Shown here: in pieces, positions 59,201-64,000 of the stretch | Layout: every line of letters starts with the position of its first letter | Position numbering within the stretch: position 1 is the first letter of the stretch | DNA from: Macrostomum lignano | Taxonomy: Eukaryota | Direction of reading: 5' to 3' | NCBI GenBank assembly: GCA_002269645.1 | Contig: NIVC01002088.1 | Coordinates: 1-64,000, forward strand | DNA: 64,000 bases | Made by a program: the position numbers and the translations under genes | Notes under the pieces: generated by a model | The model's database searches: none | Told to the model about the DNA's origin: nothing | The model's input: the letters and a program-made list of their open reading frames with translations, nothing else

Positions 59201-62200
59201 CGTATGCAGAAAGCTCTGTCCAGGGTAGTTCGGTCTTGAAAAGCTAGTCTGGACTCGGATTTGGTATGCAGAAACACAAATTTACAGGGGTTTGGGCCAT
59301 AGAACTAAAAAAATAATTAAAACTAGCGCTAAAGTTGGGCGCTCTGTCTAGCTTAGACTAGTCTAGCCTAGACCAATCTCGGTAGTCGCGACTAGCTTTT
59401 GTGCATACCGATTTTAAGACCATAGACAGAACTACCCAGTCCGGACTAGCTAGTCTGGACTAAGCTTTCTGCAAACGGCCCCTAGTGTCTGTGTACTTCT
59501 TCCTACTTCGTGTTTTTAGTACTTATTTCTTATTCTTAAACTGGTTCACATAGGCTGAAGTCAGCGATTGGCAGTTGGTAAAAATCTTGGCTCGCTGAAT
59601 TCCAAATGCAATTAAGATTGCGCCATCCATCCGAAACAAGGTTGGTCGGACTTGATTAAGAAATAATGCTGATTGAATTGCTGGGTAGCTATTCGAAATC
59701 ATAAATTCCTTTTTACCAACTGGCCTCATTAAAACAGCTGTATAGCCTACCATTGAAGGTTACCTCGCTAACCTAGCTTAGAAATAGAGACTGAAATGAT
59801 TATGTAGTGCCCTGCATTCGAAGTTTCTAGATTTTTTTAAAGCTTTAATTGCTAGTTTACTAGGCTTTATTTTCGAATATCTTCTATCACAGCTTTAGTG
59901 CCAAACCTTATTGTCTAAGATTTTTTTTGGGGGGGGGTGTTTCGAATAGCCTCAATGAAACTTTTGAAGCTATCTTAAAAAACCTGCTCATTTACGAGCG
60001 TAGTTTGCGGCGTGCAGTGGAATTTGAGCAAACTAATTTTAACTGCAGGTAGCTAAATTGCGGGTAGCCATTTAAAATTGCGGCACAAGTTCAGTGTGAA
60101 TAGCATAATCATTTGTTATACCAAGGTGAGACAGAATATCTAAATGCCCGTTAACATAGCAATTTTTGCAATGACTGTAGCAGATGTGAACTACATGTAG
60201 CCTTACGACTTACGAAATGACCCAGTCAGTGAAAAATAGGCTATTATTACTATGAGTAGTTAGCTATCTAACGCACGGTTTTAAATGACTTACAAATCCC
60301 TACATTTTTTCCTTCCTCGTTTCAGGGTATCATTTCTGATGCATGATTAATCATACTTTAACCTATTTAAGATTTTGCTTAGACTTAAGACAAGACCATA
60401 CTTTTGTTGAGCAGGTATCTAGAAGAAACCTGCTCAACATTTCACTTTACTGAATATCAACCTCTAATGCCTATTAGCTTTAGTGCAGTAATCTTGTCTA
60501 CCTATTCCAGCCGATCCGCAGCTGAACGCCCTGGCCCAGGTGCCGATGGGGCTGGGCGAGTTCGTTCACTTCGAGTGGATGGTGTCAGGCAGCACGCAGA
60601 ACCCGGGAGGCCTCTTCTCCCTGCCCCTGTCAGCTGCCGAGACTCCGTTCGTAGATTATTCAATGCGTTTCCAGTCGATTGGAACGACGTCATCCTATGT
60701 TCGATTCTACTTCCCCATCAGCATGACTGTCACCGGCATGATTGTTCAGGGCAGCGGCAAGCGCTCCAAAGGCTTGCGCGGCTGTCCCTACAACTACCGA
60801 CTGCGCTACTCCCAGTACAAGGATAGCAGGCGAATGCAGGACGTTAAGGACCAGGCCAACAATGACGTGAGTCTGTAGTGCAGCGCCACTTTGCCCCGCA
60901 ATTTAGCTTGCCATCTAAGTGGAAGTCCGCGGCGGGGGGCATATTTAATAAGCTGCAGCCAATTTTTTTCTGTCGCCCAGCAGGAGAAACTGCAGCGTTT
61001 GCCAACAGTTTCTTGCTTAACTGAATCCTGAAAATCGAGACGAGGATCTGGAAATTGAAAAAGGCAGGAATGGGAGACTGGATAATTAATTATTGAGAAC
61101 TGCTGTGCCGCTTGGCTCCGCAAGTTGCCCCCATTGACAATCCCCCTAGGCCCTGGGGCTTTTAATTTGCCTGCCCATTGCTTCTACTGAAGACAAAGTA
61201 AAGCTTCCAAGGCTTTGCTCGCGCATTGCAAATGGCAGTCATTTGTAGTAGGGCATCTTTCGTTGAGTAGTGGAAGGCCCAATTAGTTGGTTTTATAAAG
61301 AGAACCAGCAGTATGTTTTGGAAAACTACGCAGTTCAGCATCATGCCTCTAGTAGCAGCTTTCGAAATCGTTGAGTAGTAAGAATAGCAGTCTTCGCCGC
61401 CGCTTTGGAAAGGAAACAAACAATTTTTTAAACAAACAACATAAACGTTTTGACCTTGTACAGACACTGTTGTTAATTTCTAAAGGAAAATGACGTTTAA
61501 AGCAAAAAAGCAACCGCACTGAAAAGCCAGTCATCTAGCTAGATATGAGATAACTCTAGATATCAGATCCCCTATGAGTTTCAGCTCAAAGCATCTGAGC
61601 AACCCCCATGAGCCAGAGCCACAGCAGTTTTAGCAATGCCCCACATGAGCCTTGGCGTCTAAACAACTCCCCCCCCCATTGGGCCTTGGCATCTCAGAAA
61701 CCCCGCCTCACTGAGCCCTGACGTCTCAGCAACTCCCCCCTCATCTCCGCAACTCCCCCCTCATTAGCCCTGACATATCAGCAACTCCCCCATGAGTGAC
61801 CGGACTTTGAGTCGAGCCTGGGCCGCAGGCACATACGAGTTATGAGTACCACCTAGGCTATGGACCCTCGAAAGAGCCGTGTGGTATATTGAATATTTTG
61901 TCTAACCTACAGGTCAGGTTAAAAGTCTGATACACTCGTAATTTTCTGGAAATAAGAATCGAATCGAATGTTTTCGCTTTTAAACTTTAAGCACTAGGTA
62001 GGGACGAACTATCAATAGACGAGGAAAGTTCAGGTGTTCTGCTAATATTGACTCAACATTAATAAAGCCAGTAGTCAATGCTTCAAAGCAAACGATTCCA
62101 CACGAAATCTTCAAATTCGATTGTACGGTATTTGCTGATTTCAAGTTCTACTATTTTATTCGAACGCAGTGATCAAACCTGTTTGATCAAAGTGATCAAA

Positions 62201-63832
62201 ACTTGCGCATTTCAGATCACATTCAAAACAATCCAGCTGTCAGTCAGCACGCCAGGGATAAACTTTCTACCGCATCCGATCGAAACTCAACTGTTCGAGG
62301 CCATCATGCTGGGCAGCTGGCATCTGAAAGCTTGGAAAATTGAGGTTCTCGGATTCCCCAGTGCGGCATGTTAGTAAACTGTGTTGCAATTGCTTTGCTT
62401 GAATATGATCCATAAAGTTTTGTTGGAACAAGAAAAATATGATGAGGCAGTGTATCTCAGTGGCAGGAGTCAGAGCCACAAATAGAATGACTCCCCAAAA
62501 TCATGAGGCCGATCTTTGTTAATTTTATACCCTACAGGTTAAAATTCTTGGGTTTTTTTCAGAAATTTTTCAGATTTTTTAGGAATTCACTTGCAAATTG
62601 GCTGACTCAGCTGACCCAGTTCTCTAATGATCTCTAATGAGAAAAATAGGATAATAGAAGCACCAATCATTTGAGTCGGGAGATGCCAGCCTTGCATTCC
62701 GGGCTTTATTTATAGTTATATAAACACTTCTGCTACCACTTCCAGTGCGCAGCGTTATTTCAACCAGCAATTACACGGTAGAAAAGATCGTTACTGAAGA
62801 GGAGCAGGTGATTCGGATTGACTTCAAGGAAATATTCTACTTGACCTCCATCCGAGTGAGCAATTTGGACACCAATAAAGGCTTCTACTTGACGTACCGG
62901 GTCACGCAGAACAGCACGGACAGGCAGTTGCGAACGCCCTGGTACGACCAGGTGTACAATGTGAGTATATTTCAAATGTATTCATACGCTTTCCTTTTTA
63001 ATTCGAGTTGCTGAGATTGGATGCACTTTTAAAAGTTATCTAACGTAGCAGTCACGTGACTGCTTTCCAGCCATTCTAGTAGATTGGGCAGCTGTTTGAG
63101 TCAAAATTAACAAATACGAGCTAGGCTTTAGACTGCGTGTTGGAGTAACTGAAGCCGATTCTTATTGATGCCACACTTGCCCCACCTGCACTCTAATCAC
63201 GCCGACAGTTCCAGTGACTTTCCCTGAATTACTTCTTCCAATGATTTTGCTCGCTGTTAGATCAAAAACCTTATTACATGTGTCACACCTGCAGTTCTCA
63301 AGTCTTAATCTGGCCGACGACTTCTTCATGCCGGTGATTTTTACGCCGATCTCCGTTGAGCTGCACTTTCAAGGCAACGCCAGTGTGCAAACGACAGACA
63401 TCGTGAATATCAGAGGCGTTGAAATTAACGGTAAGGATGACGAAATTATACTGCATATAACTACTTGAAATAGTAGAAGCAAACCAGAAAAATATGCTTA
63501 CTTATACATACATACACAATGCACGAGTATTACATAAGCTGCATTTTATTCAAAAATCAAATTGCATACTTTAAATGTTTTGAATAAAAACATAGGGTGT
63601 ATCTCATGCCTAACGGAATTATTCGAGCCCATTCGAGACCATTTTACCCTGGTCTTCTAGACGAGTGCCCGCAAGGCTGGCGGCCACTCTACAACATCTG
63701 CCTCAGGATTGTCCCGTCAGCTCTGGACTGGAACAGTTCGCTGCAGTACTGCCAGAGCCGCTACTGGAATGGCAAGAATGGCACTCTGTTCATGCCCAAG
63801 ACTGCCGTGCTGCGCAACTTCGGTCACATGAG
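53213..63832 (+). CDS. Large secreted or cell-surface mosaic lectin (SP, CTLD, kringle-like, F-type lectin, FA58C repeats, CTLD); 3'-partial
   Basis: Phase-consistent exons 53213-53288, 53980-54384, 54492-54655, 54745-54859, 55186-55314, 55392-55508, 55780-56016, 56097-56330, 56417-56586, 57049-57421, 57757-57821, 57915-58218, 58358-58603, 58698-58858, 59082-59169, 60511-60866, 62216-62360, 62746-62960, 63295-63430, 63661-63832 (~1300 aa); continues past the window. Confidence 0.82.
53980..54384 (+). CDS. C-type lectin domain exon
   Basis: CPTPWTQYFDRCIRLF..AATYC..KLYAP..PWIGA..NCAVY..RSC...FYCQ. Confidence 0.9.
58358..59169 (+). CDS. F-type lectin (fucolectin/FTP) domain, exons 58358-58603, 58698-58858, 59082-59169
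   Basis: QPVRLSSQY...GYKATDG..STHS..WAYVDM..VVVYTRN..FPC..TARYLTV..YLSIAEIEVYG. Confidence 0.82.
59199..59479. mobile_element. MITE in a lectin-gene intron
   Basis: TIR GCCGTWTGCAGAAAGCT at both ends with inverted internal segments. Confidence 0.65.
61570..61800 (+). repeat. Degenerate short-unit repeat element (GAGCC..CATCTCAGCAACTCCCCC) related to 8070-8150
   Basis: Seen by eye. Confidence 0.55.
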
Positions 63833-64000
63833 GTCAGAGCTTCACTATTTTTAATATCGATAGATACATGTAGTTTCATATCGATAGACCCGTCAGATGC
63901 AATAACTTTCTACGGAAAATTCCGGAAAGTATCGTAAGCAAATGCGCGGTAGAGTGGTGAATTCGAGTCTTTACACGAAACTATTAAAGAAGACAAATGA

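Noticed and set aside
59523-59753. 76-aa antisense ORF in a lectin-gene intron
   Set aside because: No motif or splice support; within chance expectation.

Overview
Eukaryotic, intron-rich animal DNA. GC-rich exons with poly-Ala/Gly tails, (GACA)n tracts and many intronic minisatellites suggest a free-living flatworm such as Macrostomum (inference, not tested). All gene models were assembled by hand from splice signals and phase consistency; no database searches were run. Four protein genes are supported. (1) A complete 12-exon Venus kinase receptor (VKR)-like gene on the minus strand (3339-17653, about 1283 aa: signal peptide, unexplained N-terminal domain, Venus flytrap, TM, tyrosine kinase); almost every intron carries its own tandem repeat. 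(2) A 2-exon divergent class A GPCR (39765-41596, minus). (3) A prominin-like gene in one uninterrupted coding block with a single 1-bp frameshift (44578-47075, plus). (4) A gene of 20 or more exons encoding a secreted mosaic lectin (C-type lectin, kringle-like, F-type lectin, FA58C) running off the right end (53213 to >64000, plus). The rest is mostly mobile DNA. The largest structure is a 12.7-kb giant inverted repeat (3.3-3.4 kb arms containing a CT-rich minisatellite) whose 6-kb spacer holds a Merlin/IS1595-type transposase relic, a 24-bp minisatellite and an RTE fragment. Also present are a 2.2-kb solo LTR, two foldback elements with 8-9 bp TSDs, two (AAC)n-tailed retroposons stacked at one AAACCCGGT site, LINE fragments and several MITEs. 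No rRNA, tRNA or CRISPR array was seen.
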